Shown: piece by piece, positions 9,064 to 17,619 of the stretch | Layout: each line of letters starts with the position of its first letter | How positions within the stretch are numbered: the stretch's first letter is position 1 | From: Escherichia phage vB_EcoM_UP17 | Sequence record: LR746137 | Length of the DNA: 64,000 bases | Direction: 5' to 3' (one strand) | Program-made: the position numbers and the translations under genes | Notes under the pieces: model-generated | What the model saw: the letters and a program-made list of their open reading frames with translations, nothing else | Database searches by the model: none | Told to the model about the DNA's origin: nothing

Positions 9064-10191
9064 TTACTCTGCTGGTTCCCAAGTGCCTGGGATCATTTCT
9101 CGAATACGAACACCAACAGGTTTTGTTGGAATACCTTCATCTGAAAATTCTTCATACTCTATTTCAACGAACTGATTAATCAAGGTAGAGGCATTCTCTG
9201 CTTTACGATAATTGATAGTCTCATGAGCATCTTTACGCATTAAGAATTCGACTACTTTACCATTTTCCATCTCACCTGTCAACACTCCATCGCCATTTTT
9301 ATCACTTTTTGAATTTGTTACTTTAACTTCAAGCGTATGACGAGGCTTACGTTTAATAACATCATAAGAACGTTTATCAAATTCGTAAACTCCGTGAGCA
9401 TTACGATATACTACACCTTCAGCTTTCTCAAGTAAAGCTTTTTCATAGAAAGCGTCAAACTGTTCTTGGTTTTCAATATACTCTGTATGAACTACACAAA
9501 TAAGCTCGTCAAGACCATAATCTTCAACTACTGCCTTAAGAGCAGTAAGAGCATCAACACGTTTTTCAAACGGTAGACCTGGAACTGGAATATCGTATAC
9601 GTAATAATTCAGCAAAGGTGTATTTGCATTATGCTTCTTCCAGGCACTGTTAATTTGTTGCAGACTAAGGACACCTAACCCAGCAAACACTTCACCATCA
9701 AGAGGATGACCAACAACTTCACTAATAAAGTTTGGAATACCTTTCCAATGAGGTGGCAGGTTATACACTTCCCCAGCTTTTGATAAACACTCCCCTTTCA
9801 TGTTAATCATAGAACGTAACCCGTTCAGTTTGTATTGTGCATAACCAGGGAACACAACCCTTTCAGGATAATCTTTATAATCCTGGCATTTCATTGGTGT
9901 GGAAGGAACATGGTTTTCAGCTTCTTCTTTTGTTTTATAATAGCCATTCTTTAACTGTTTTGTCCATTTGGCAAAAGCTTCAAGTTCAGCTTGTTCTTCC
10001 GGTGTTGTTTCATTGGAACGACCAATGTTTTTTGCTTCTGCTGTATAAGATTTTTCTGTGATCTTTCCACCTACTCTTCCATGAGCTACAGTAACAACTG
10101 CACCATCTGTATATACTGTCCACTGTTTAAGTTTTCCTTTTGAATCTTTACCATACAGTGTTTGATTTGTTTGTTGCATTAGTCCTCCCAT
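9064..10191 (-). CDS. ATP-dependent DNA ligase-like nucleotidyltransferase
   Basis: Ordered motifs YKLNGLR (motif I, KxNG variant), LDGEVF (III), EGVVYR (IV), VIKRK (V) with ligase-like spacing plus C-terminal OB-sized region. Confidence 0.6.
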   Translation of the reverse strand: MGGLMQQTNQTLYGKDSKGKLKQWTVYTDGAVVTVAHGRVGGKITEKSYTAEAKNIGRSNETTPEEQAELEAFAKWTKQLKNGYYKTKEEAENHVPSTPMKCQDYKDYPERVVFPGYAQYKLNGLRSMINMKGECLSKAGEVYNLPPHWKGIPNFISEVVGHPLDGEVFAGLGVLSLQQINSAWKKHNANTPLLNYYVYDIPVPGLPFEKRVDALTALKAVVEDYGLDELICVVHTEYIENQEQFDAFYEKALLEKAEGVVYRNAHGVYEFDKRSYDVIKRKPRHTLEVKVTNSKSDKNGDGVLTGEMENGKVVEFLMRKDAHETINYRKAENASTLINQFVEIEYEEFSDEGIPTKPVGVRIREMIPGTWEPAE

Positions 10192-10400
10192 TTAAAAACT
10201 GAAATTTTCAATCTGTTACACACTTCATCCAAATCTGCGTCGAGTAACGTTGTAGATGTTGCCAACATATAATCAATGCTTGTGAAACCTTGCCCTTTGG
10301 CATAGTCAAGCATATCTTCATACATATCTTCAAGATCACCGTCATCAAAAGTAGCTAGAAAATCCTCGTCCCCGCTACGAACATAAAATGCAGTACTCAT
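10179..10400 (-). CDS. hypothetical acidic protein (73 aa)
   Basis: ORF from track, overlapping neighbours' start/stop. Confidence 0.35.
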   Translation of the reverse strand: MSTAFYVRSGDEDFLATFDDGDLEDMYEDMLDYAKGQGFTSIDYMLATSTTLLDADLDEVCNRLKISVFKWED

Positions 10401-10585
10401 TCATCTTCATCCCAAGATTCAAAAGCACAGCAGTCATCGGTTTCTATAGTACCAGTACGTCCACAAGAAAGGCAAGTGATTTTATCACCGTAGAATACAT
10501 AATTCTCGTCTCCGTTGGTATTCACGGAAATCTGATCACTGCCACAGGGACATTCCAACCAAGGCACAATGATATCTTTCTTCAT
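10397..10585 (-). CDS. zinc-ribbon protein (62 aa)
   Basis: CPCGSD ... CLSCGRTG four-Cys arrangement. Confidence 0.4.
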   Translation of the reverse strand: MKKDIIVPWLECPCGSDQISVNTNGDENYVFYGDKITCLSCGRTGTIETDDCCAFESWDEDE

Positions 10586-10594
10586 GTTTTCTCC

Positions 10595-10747
10595 TTAACC
10601 TTTAGGTGTGCAGAATCCACGATCAAATACATTCTTACGGATGCCTTCTGCTAAAGCCATCTCACAAGCCCCTTGCGATCCGAATTCTTGTGTATAATCA
10701 TTACTACCATGACTCCAAAGAGCAAACAAAATATAGATTGTTGCCAT
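10595..10747 (-). CDS. small ORF (50 aa), not in the >=60 aa track
   Basis: ATG behind GGAGGA; hand translation MATIYILFALWSHGSNDYTQEFGSQGACEMALAEGIRKNVFDRGFCTPKG. Confidence 0.3.
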   Translation of the reverse strand: MATIYILFALWSHGSNDYTQEFGSQGACEMALAEGIRKNVFDRGFCTPKG

Positions 10748-10756
10748 TTTTCCTCC

Positions 10757-11083
10757 TTAAGCATTCAGTTCGTTGTTGAGTTCGTAAATCTCTTCTTGAA
10801 GAGAATCGATCTCTTCCTCCAAACGGGAGATCTCTTCTTTTAGATATACCATTTCAGATTCTTTCTCTTCTAACTCATTTTCAAATTTTACTTTATTCGC
10901 CTCATTTTCATAATGGAGTTCAGCGTAATCATCGCGCATTTGTTCAATAAGATGAATCAGAGACAAGATGTAATTATCTCCCGTTTCATCACGCCACTCT
11001 TCACCGTGGCGGAGAACGGTAATTCGTCCAGTATCTTCATCTAAAATTGTCTCATATTTACGATCATCTGTATAAATCTGCAT
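10757..11083 (-). CDS. hypothetical protein with C-terminal coiled coil (108 aa)
   Basis: C-terminal EEISRLEEEIDSLQEEIYELNNEL heptad-like acidic repeats. Confidence 0.4.
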   Translation of the reverse strand: MQIYTDDRKYETILDEDTGRITVLRHGEEWRDETGDNYILSLIHLIEQMRDDYAELHYENEANKVKFENELEEKESEMVYLKEEISRLEEEIDSLQEEIYELNNELNA

Positions 11084-11092
11084 TATTTCTCC

Positions 11093-11497
11093 TTATTGAA
11101 GTTTAAGTGAACCACGAAGACGCTTCTCTTGCTGATCACGAATATATTGTGGAACCTCGTGAATTGAATCATTACCGTGCCTATTTTCAACAACTAAAGA
11201 GATAACTTGATAACCAAACTCTTCAGCAAGAGCTAGATAAGGTTTAAGTTCTTTCTCTGTGGTTGAAGTGTTAGAAACAATAATCTTGTTAAGATTAGAT
11301 GCCATAGCATCACGAACAATACTCTGACACCATGCGTGTGCTTTACCTACATTTTCTGGCTTCCAATCGTAAACACCACTTTCTGTGTAATGATATTGAT
11401 CTGCCTCACAGATAGGCCAATAACCTTCAGAAATAATTTCTGCTACTGTAGATTTACCAGCACCTGAAACGCCACGTAAAATGATAAGTTGTTTCAT
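11093..11497 (-). CDS. P-loop kinase, polynucleotide 5'-kinase-like
   Basis: ILRGVSGAGKSTVAE Walker A; small 134-aa kinase abutting the ligase-like gene (stop/start 11498/11497). Confidence 0.5.
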   Translation of the reverse strand: MKQLIILRGVSGAGKSTVAEIISEGYWPICEADQYHYTESGVYDWKPENVGKAHAWCQSIVRDAMASNLNKIIVSNTSTTEKELKPYLALAEEFGYQVISLVVENRHGNDSIHEVPQYIRDQQEKRLRGSLKLQ

Positions 11498-12430
11498 TTA
11501 TCCTCCAAAGAAGTTTTCGATTTTTTCACGTCGCTCTTGCTGATTTAAAGCAGCCCATTGAGTCTTCGTAAAATTATTTCGAATCCATTCTAACAAAGCG
11601 TAATATTCTTCGTCAACAATTTGTTTGGCATTTTTTGGATTATCCCAAATCAGATCCCACTTTTTATCTCCACCGCGCATAAGAAACTTCTTAGTAAGAT
11701 AGTATGGTGACTTAATCTTTAAGAGTAAGTTAAACGGATAGTTTGTTTCACGAACTACAAACCCTTCGTGTTTACAATCTTTAGACATTTCAACAACATC
11801 TGAAAACTTAACCATTGGATGAACTTCAGGACGCTTAAATTTGGTGACAGAAGCAATTCCATCAAGAGCACCTTCAGGTAACATAAAACTTGTCCCATCA
11901 GGGTTTTGAATTCTGGCACCAATTAAGTATGCACCTGGTTCTTCTTCGACAATATGCGGATCAGAAGGATCACAGATTTCAAAAAGGAAAGTTGCTTTTG
12001 CACTCTCTGTCCATTTGATGAAGTGTTCTATGTCATCACACTCTGAAACAATATGATTCTTTGCAATACTTGCAAAATCTGATTCAAGGCTTCCTGTTGT
12101 CGATACAATAAGTTGACCTTTATATACACCTACAGAGGCCATAAAACCATTTACTTTACGAACCACATCTACAAATTCATCCGCTGGTAGATCTGTGCCA
12201 TTCTCAAAACGATTAAAAATCTTAGTGAAAGGCCAAATAACAACATTATCATCAGCGTCAACAACGATTCCGCGACATTCTAGAAGACGAGAATCAATGT
12301 TCCATAAGTTATCCCAGAAAACTTTGTTCTTATACTTAAGAACAGATAGACCAGAATACTCTCCTTCTTTATATGTTTTCTTATGAACTAAACCTTTTTC
12401 AACCAAATCGTCGCAATTAAATTTAGCCAC
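11498..12430 (-). CDS. RNA ligase-like covalent nucleotidyltransferase
   Basis: RKVNGF (motif I, KxNG), FEICDP (III-like), EGFVVRE (IV), LLKIKSPYY (V) in order; flanked by a phosphoesterase and a kinase. Confidence 0.5.
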   Translation of the reverse strand: MAKFNCDDLVEKGLVHKKTYKEGEYSGLSVLKYKNKVFWDNLWNIDSRLLECRGIVVDADDNVVIWPFTKIFNRFENGTDLPADEFVDVVRKVNGFMASVGVYKGQLIVSTTGSLESDFASIAKNHIVSECDDIEHFIKWTESAKATFLFEICDPSDPHIVEEEPGAYLIGARIQNPDGTSFMLPEGALDGIASVTKFKRPEVHPMVKFSDVVEMSKDCKHEGFVVRETNYPFNLLLKIKSPYYLTKKFLMRGGDKKWDLIWDNPKNAKQIVDEEYYALLEWIRNNFTKTQWAALNQQERREKIENFFGG

Positions 12431-12431
12431 A

Positions 12432-12983
12432 TTACTCTCCTTTGATTATTTTGTGATGGTCTACAGTCACGATATCTCGTTTACTCATCATAGAAATTAT
12501 CTCATCAAAATGCAAGATTTTTCCGTGTGCATCCCAACCCACATCTAACATTTTGCCATAAGCTTCATCAGGGAAAGATCCGTGGGAATGCCCGTGTAGC
12601 ATGATTGATCCACGACCTTGTTTATTCCAGGAGGCCATAGGGTAATGACTTAAGACGAAGAACAGCTTCTGATATTTCACTTCATCATAATAAACCACTT
12701 CGCCATACTCTGCAAGCACTTCTCGGTGTTTGCTGTAATCATGGTTCCCAACACAGTAAGTAATATCTCCTTGGAGACGGGAAGCAATCTTACGGGTATC
12801 TTCTTCAGTCCCGAAACAGAAGTCGCCCAAATGCCACATCTTGACACCTGGACTCGTAGCGCATTTATTCCATGCTTCGATCAGTGCTTCTGTCATGTGG
12901 TCCATATCTTCCCACGGTCGATATTCAGGAGCAAACTCTCGTATACGTTTGTGCATAAAATGCAAATCACTTGTAATAAACAT
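12432..12983 (-). CDS. calcineurin-like metallophosphoesterase
   Basis: SDLHF (DxH), GDFCFG (GD), GNHDY (GNHD/E), HGHSH (GHxH) in canonical order. Confidence 0.6.
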   Translation of the reverse strand: MFITSDLHFMHKRIREFAPEYRPWEDMDHMTEALIEAWNKCATSPGVKMWHLGDFCFGTEEDTRKIASRLQGDITYCVGNHDYSKHREVLAEYGEVVYYDEVKYQKLFFVLSHYPMASWNKQGRGSIMLHGHSHGSFPDEAYGKMLDVGWDAHGKILHFDEIISMMSKRDIVTVDHHKIIKGE

Positions 12984-13339
12984 TAGTATAATCCCTCGCT
13001 AAATAGGTCACGATCATGACCATTACGTTCGTAGTCAATCTGGTCTGCGTGTTTTGCAATAATGTATGCATCTTCACGACTCCACCAATTGTAGTATTGA
13101 TCAATAAAACCTTGATTGTTTGGAAGACAATGCACTTTATCAAGCACACCTGCTTCTTTCAATATATTCAATTGTGCTGATAATACAGGATTTGCATGTC
13201 GAACACAAGGAATAATTAACTCTTCACCATTATTCAAAATATATTTATTCGCAGCACAGACGATAACACGTTGCGCATAATGACCCTCACCAATCCAGGC
13301 AAGAGGTTGGTAACAAATATTGTTTTCAATACCACTCAT
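12983..13339 (-). CDS. hypothetical protein (118 aa)
   Basis: ORF with GGAGG RBS, first gene of the phosphoesterase-ligase-kinase run; no motif recognised. Confidence 0.4.
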   Translation of the reverse strand: MSGIENNICYQPLAWIGEGHYAQRVIVCAANKYILNNGEELIIPCVRHANPVLSAQLNILKEAGVLDKVHCLPNNQGFIDQYYNWWSREDAYIIAKHADQIDYERNGHDRDLFSEGLY

Positions 13340-13359
13340 TGTTTCCTAATCCTCCTCTC

Positions 13360-13491
13360 TTAAGTTATCCTCGAAAAAAAACTAGTATCTGGAAGTAAAA
13401 GATCATTACTTGTGTCGGGCCAATCCTCTTCTTCTCGGTAGATAAAGTAACCTTCGTCCTCTTCTTGTTCCGACCAAACCGAATGATGCAT
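13360..13491 (-). CDS. small acidic ORF (43 aa), not in track
   Basis: ATG behind GGAGAG; hand translation MHHSVWSEQEEDEGYFIYREEEDWPDTSNDLLLPDTSFFSRIT. Confidence 0.25.
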   Translation of the reverse strand: MHHSVWSEQEEDEGYFIYREEEDWPDTSNDLLLPDTSFFSRIT

Positions 13492-13500
13492 GTTCTCTCC

Positions 13501-13857
13501 TTAATAGTGCACACGAATCATTTTAATACCATAACGCAGCATGGATTCTTTTGCAAGCATGAATTTATCCCCAGCGGAGGGATTAGAAGTATGCACGAAA
13601 ATGGTAGGTGAACCAAAGCAAGGTTTACCAAACGCCAGAAGTTCTTCCAGGCACAGGAAAACATCATACCCATCTTGGTCAGAATATTCACCCAAATCGT
13701 TGTCAAAATGCCACTCGTCTACAAAACGATAACCCTTCTGCACCTCATTCATGTAGCGAGAGGCAAGAAGTTCCTGTGATGTTTTAAACCAGATTGCATC
13801 TGGACAACCATAATCTTTTGGATCACGTAAATCATCAAGCCAAATAATAGTACCCAT
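13501..13857 (-). CDS. hypothetical protein with receiver-like pattern (118 aa)
   Basis: MGTIIWLDDLRDP ... DGYDVFLCLEEL ... PTIFVHTSNP loosely recalls a CheY-like alternation; unverified. Confidence 0.35.
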   Translation of the reverse strand: MGTIIWLDDLRDPKDYGCPDAIWFKTSQELLASRYMNEVQKGYRFVDEWHFDNDLGEYSDQDGYDVFLCLEELLAFGKPCFGSPTIFVHTSNPSAGDKFMLAKESMLRYGIKMIRVHY

Positions 13858-13867
13858 ATAACCTCCT

Positions 13868-14338
13868 CTAAGCTGGCATGATTAAAAAAGAACTCTCCAC
13901 TTCAAAATGCCAATCATCTACAAGCCCTGATTCCCAATCCTTCTCTTCATGGAAAGAGCAAATCCAACGGTACATACCTGGCGGTGTATTCTCCACATCT
14001 TCCGGCAACCCATAATCCAAGGCTGTCTTGCCATTCTCTGTAAAACCAGGGTGGAGATTAGGAGCTTTCAGTACAGAAACCATACCTCCAACATCCACAG
14101 CTACGATCCACTCTGTCATGTATGGGCTGTCATATTGAGGCTCATCAGAACCTACCTCAACAGCCTCTGTGCGTAAGATGATAATAGGCTGCTCTGTGAT
14201 TGGGGCTTTGACAATATAACCGTGGTCCTCAAAAAGATCGATAACCTCGAACTCATCGCCGTTTTCGACACCATAGCTCTTATTCAAAGAGATAAACTTC
14301 GGGTTATCATCGTAAGCTTTAGTTACTTTAATTCTCAT
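13868..14338 (-). CDS. hypothetical protein (156 aa)
   Basis: ORF from track; no motif recognised. Confidence 0.4.
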   Translation of the reverse strand: MRIKVTKAYDDNPKFISLNKSYGVENGDEFEVIDLFEDHGYIVKAPITEQPIIILRTEAVEVGSDEPQYDSPYMTEWIVAVDVGGMVSVLKAPNLHPGFTENGKTALDYGLPEDVENTPPGMYRWICSFHEEKDWESGLVDDWHFEVESSFLIMPA

Positions 14339-14559
14339 TTTCCCTCCTTCACTTTAACCTCAAATTCTACAGGCTTACCCTCAATGTAAAAACACTGATA
14401 CTCTGCCTTATCATCCTCATCACGAGGCCAAGTTACCAAGGAGTTATAGCAATCTTCTGGTGCTTTGAAGATGGTTTTAGTCTCCATAGTAACATTCCCA
14501 TTAAGTGTTGCCAATACCACCCACCCAGCTACAGGGATCATAGTGCCTCCACTTTCCAC
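14335..14559 (-). CDS. hypothetical protein (74 aa)
   Basis: ORF from track in a tightly packed early operon. Confidence 0.3.
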   Translation of the reverse strand: MESGGTMIPVAGWVVLATLNGNVTMETKTIFKAPEDCYNSLVTWPRDEDDKAEYQCFYIEGKPVEFEVKVKEGK

Positions 14560-14720
14560 GTTTTACCCTTATCAACCAAGGTCTTTGCTACAGCATACTC
14601 CTTCCCATTAACAATGAAATAATAAACTATAAAAGATTTTCCGATTGTTACTGTCTTAGTAACCTCTACGCGTTTAACACCTTGCATGTATTTTGCCTTA
14701 CCGGAATAGAGTAAAATCAT
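14538..14720 (-). CDS. hypothetical protein (60 aa)
   Basis: ORF from track. Confidence 0.3.
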   Translation of the reverse strand: MILLYSGKAKYMQGVKRVEVTKTVTIGKSFIVYYFIVNGKEYAVAKTLVDKGKTWKVEAL

Positions 14721-14998
14721 TTTGCATTCCTCTTGTTGTTGATAACATCCATAGCAGTATATGGTTTATTAGTGCCATGATACTCTAGAATCATTGGAGA
14801 GCCTTCTTGCACTACTTCAAAAATACCATAAACAGAACTTTCAGCAAATACCATTTGCTTCGTTCCTTCATCGTTTACAACAAGAGAAAACTTCTTGCCT
14901 GTTCCGTTGAGGATCTCGTATTTCTTGCCAACAGTGAATAATCCAGAGTACCACTCATTCTCTGTTGCTTTTACACACTTCAGGAAAGTCTTGATCAT
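14717..14998 (-). CDS. hypothetical protein (93 aa)
   Basis: ORF from track. Confidence 0.35.
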   Translation of the reverse strand: MIKTFLKCVKATENEWYSGLFTVGKKYEILNGTGKKFSLVVNDEGTKQMVFAESSVYGIFEVVQEGSPMILEYHGTNKPYTAMDVINNKRNAK

Positions 14999-15348
14999 TT
15001 CTTTTTGCTCCTCTTTTTAGATTTCTCATACAAACCTAACACAGCAGCTTCTTTTGCACAAGTAGGAACTGAAGTCATTCCTCTTCTTTTTGCTTCTGGT
15101 AGTTGCAAAGTCCATATTCCCCACCAATAAATTTGGTCTGCCGTGAGTGGTTCAGCCATTGGATCTGCCTCCTGCTCCTCAAGACGTTGCAACGCTTCTT
15201 CAATCTTCTCGATTGGTGTGTCAAAGACGAATGCCTCCGTATCAAACTTATTTTTCTTAGGAACTGATTTGGCTACTTTGAGAACCTCGTTTTTCGGTTT
15301 CTTAGTAACGTTCTTTGGCTTTGATAACTTCTTCGGTGTTTTCGCCAC
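14995..15348 (-). CDS. lysine-rich basic protein, possible nucleic-acid binder (117 aa)
   Basis: N-terminal MAKTPKKLSKPKNVTKKPKNEVLKVAKSVPKK and C-terminal KSKKRSKKK basic tracts. Confidence 0.35.
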   Translation of the reverse strand: MAKTPKKLSKPKNVTKKPKNEVLKVAKSVPKKNKFDTEAFVFDTPIEKIEEALQRLEEQEADPMAEPLTADQIYWWGIWTLQLPEAKRRGMTSVPTCAKEAAVLGLYEKSKKRSKKK

Positions 15349-15541
15349 TTACTACCTCCATACGATCTAAAAAGTCATTCACAAATCTCCAGTAACGTTG
15401 ACCTGTCCTAAGATCTTCATAAATAACTACAGGATCAAACACTTTAGATATTCCGGCAGGTTTTGGAAATTCCACTACCGTATATAAGCCACCTTTTGCT
15501 ACACAAGAATAGGTTACGCCTGTAATTGGATAGTTGCTCAT
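15302..15541 (-). CDS. hypothetical protein (79 aa)
   Basis: ORF from track; overlaps the downstream gene in another frame. Confidence 0.3.
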   Translation of the reverse strand: MSNYPITGVTYSCVAKGGLYTVVEFPKPAGISKVFDPVVIYEDLRTGQRYWRFVNDFLDRMEVVSGENTEEVIKAKERY

Positions 15542-15732
15542 TTCTTTACGTACTCCATGATTGGGGTATGGTCGCCAGTAAGCGTAACACGGCTGTAGGA
15601 CACATCTTGTGTCTTCAATGTATCAATCCACTCTAAGAAGTGTTCTTTCGCTTCTGTGTAGTTCTGCGTGCCTTTAACAACGTGTATACCATCTAGTGTT
15701 ACACGGAATACCATTTGAATAACGTCTTTCAT
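15538..15732 (-). CDS. hypothetical protein (64 aa)
   Basis: ORF from track. Confidence 0.3.
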   Translation of the reverse strand: MKDVIQMVFRVTLDGIHVVKGTQNYTEAKEHFLEWIDTLKTQDVSYSRVTLTGDHTPIMEYVKK

Positions 15733-15845
15733 TTCTTACCTCCTTTATTGTCAAAATAGCTTACCAGAACATCGTGAACCACACATATGGCAAAAATCAG
15801 AACAATTGTTGCCAGGACTGGATTCTCACTAATTAGTGCTATCAT
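15729..15845 (-). CDS. small membrane protein (38 aa; shortened from track ORF)
   Basis: Internal ATG behind GGAGGTGG; MIALISENPVLATIVLIFAICVV hydrophobic core. Confidence 0.3.
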   Translation of the reverse strand: MIALISENPVLATIVLIFAICVVHDVLVSYFDNKGGKK

Positions 15846-16152
15846 CTTTAACCACCTCCAATTGCCTTTCGAGTTTGACTCTGTTTGAGAACTGATAATG
15901 GCACAACTTACATTGCATGTCAACAATCTGATCGTGATTTAACCCTACAATTTTAACTTCCTTTGCACCATCCCACTCCAAATACTCAAAGCCATCCAAA
16001 TGATTACTCTTGTCCAACAGGAATGCTATCTGCTTCCATTCAATCTGAATGTCATTTAAATGATATGCTGCACAGAAGATATCCTCATAGTAAAAGACGA
16101 TCATTGTCATTGCTTCGTCCAGCACAACTACTTCTTGTCTTGTAAATCTCAT
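15829..16152 (-). CDS. hypothetical protein (107 aa), first gene of the minus-strand early unit
   Basis: ATG behind TAGGAGG, adjacent to the AT-rich control region. Confidence 0.4.
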   Translation of the reverse strand: MRFTRQEVVVLDEAMTMIVFYYEDIFCAAYHLNDIQIEWKQIAFLLDKSNHLDGFEYLEWDGAKEVKIVGLNHDQIVDMQCKLCHYQFSNRVKLERQLEVVKDDSTN

Positions 16153-16380
16153 TCTAGCCTCCTAAACGCGTCTCTGACGCACTTTTTATATATAAGATGA
16201 TAAATCACCTTACCTAGTAAGTAAGCTTGCTCTACGAGTCTCTTATGAAGCTTATGTTATAGGCTATACTATTGCTACCTGTTTAAGCAAGGTTTTTGCA
16301 CACAGAAAATAATTTTAATAAAACTCTTGACTTTTGTGTTCGAAGTATGCTACCCTAGAAATCTATTAACGAGCGCAGCG

Positions 16381-16405
16381 AGTTAAGGTTTAAGGTTTAA
16401 GGTTG
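16381..16405. repeat. short tandem repeat (TAAGGTT x3)
   Basis: GTTAAGGTTTAAGGTTTAAGGTTG read directly; followed by TGTACTC repeated three times (16419-16445). Confidence 0.6.
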
Positions 16406-16445
16406 TTGATGTAGTACTCTGTACTCAAGTACTGTACTCCGTACT

Positions 16446-16491
16446 AGATCTAATAATTATTAAATATTAATAATAAATAATTATTAGATCT
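16446..16491. repeat. perfect 16-bp inverted repeat with 14-bp AT spacer
   Basis: AGATCTAATAATTATT (16446-16461) and its exact reverse complement AATAATTATTAGATCT (16476-16491). Confidence 0.75.
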
Positions 16492-16640
16492 AACAGACAG
16501 GTACAGTGTATCAGAACTGGTACGTACAGATCAACTTCTATCAATTAAAAATAAAATAATAAATTATTATAAATAATACTTGATCTATAGATTAGTATGA
16601 AGTACAGTACGGAACATCTTAACAAGAATGGAGGTGTGCA

Positions 16641-16826
16641 ATGATTAGTGAGAATCCGTGCAAATGGCATCATGTGCCTATTAAAGATTGTATGTCTTGT
16701 AATCCACGTTCTATTTATAACATTGCATCTTATGACGATGACAATGTGTTAGACGATGATGAAGGCTGGGAGGATTTAGATTGGACTGGTTATGAAACCA
16801 AAAAGGATAAAATTATTCCTAGTTGA
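16641..16826 (+). CDS. small Cys-rich protein (61 aa)
   Basis: ATG behind GGAGGTG; PCKWHH...CMSCNP Cys/His cluster. Confidence 0.4.
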   Translation: MISENPCKWHHVPIKDCMSCNPRSIYNIASYDDDNVLDDDEGWEDLDWTGYETKKDKIIPS

Positions 16827-16863
16827 CTTAAGATATCCTTCGTGCTAAACTAGAAGTGAGGAG

Positions 16864-17115
16864 ATGCCGATCACTCCCCATTTGGGGTTCGAAGGATATA
16901 TGCAAAATAGTTTTTATTTTAGGTGCCGTGCTTGTAATAGGCATTTGACAAACCACTCCAGACGTGATAAAAATGGAGTCATCAAGGAATCAGACCTTTG
17001 TTCTATCTGCACAGGTTTGGCTTTTGATGATAGTCCCGAAAGGGTTTATCAGCATCAATATATAACAGACGTTCTCGTGTCAAACTTGGTAGAGGACGAA
17101 CAACTAACAGATTAG
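16864..17115 (+). CDS. small zinc-finger-like protein (83 aa)
   Basis: ATG behind GAGGAG; CRACNRH ... CSICTG. Confidence 0.4.
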   Translation: MPITPHLGFEGYMQNSFYFRCRACNRHLTNHSRRDKNGVIKESDLCSICTGLAFDDSPERVYQHQYITDVLVSNLVEDEQLTD

Positions 17116-17123
17116 GAGGAACA

Positions 17124-17372
17124 ATGTCTCTATTAGAAAAACACGTGTTTGAAGATGGTAACGGCAATGCAGTTTTTCTTTTCCATCCAGAAAAATACAC
17201 ATCTGAAAACAATGGTACAACTTCTATTGTAATCACTAAAGATGTTAAAGTTATTGATTTCTTGGCTCTGATGAGAGAAATGGATCTTGAAATTAATACT
17301 TTTAACGCAGAAGCTTTGGTTGTTGCTCTTCTGGAAAAGAAAGACAGTGAAGAAGTAGCAGAATATGCTTAA
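17124..17372 (+). CDS. hypothetical protein (82 aa)
   Basis: ATG behind TAGGAGGA. Confidence 0.4.
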   Translation: MSLLEKHVFEDGNGNAVFLFHPEKYTSENNGTTSIVITKDVKVIDFLALMREMDLEINTFNAEALVVALLEKKDSEEVAEYA

Positions 17373-17379
17373 ATAACTA

Positions 17380-17409
17380 TTGACAAACGTATCCTTCATA
17401 TGTTAGGAT
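17380..17409 (+). promoter_or_regulatory. sigma70-like promoter (TTGACA, TATGTTAGGAT)
   Basis: ACTATTGACAA followed 13 nt later by TATGTTAGGAT; same composite motif recurs upstream of other tRNA groups. Confidence 0.4.
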
Positions 17410-17619
17410 ACGTTCATCAAGTGTGGTAACAGGGTCGTTGACTTTTGTTAAGAGGGGCTTGCACTGCGGATAGTGTTAGAGACTACTTCTTCAGAGGTTA
17501 GCTACCAAAGAGGAAAAGGAATAGTCTCGGCTCAAGAACTTTTACGCTGAAAGTTGGGCTTGGTCTTAGAGAATGTAGCGGTTCTCTACAATCGTTAGCG
17601 TCTCTGTTACCACATTTAC

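Larger units (their letters stand above)
16153..16640. promoter_or_regulatory. divergent intergenic control region (candidate early promoters and/or origin)
   Basis: 488 bp non-coding stretch between divergent gene blocks; AT-rich; contains TTGACT-type -35 boxes, GTAC-rich repeats and palindromes. Confidence 0.45.

Noticed and set aside
16381-16492. Possible CRISPR array because of short repeats
   Set aside because: Repeats are 7-bp tandem units and one inverted repeat, with no regularly spaced repeat-spacer pattern and no cas genes.
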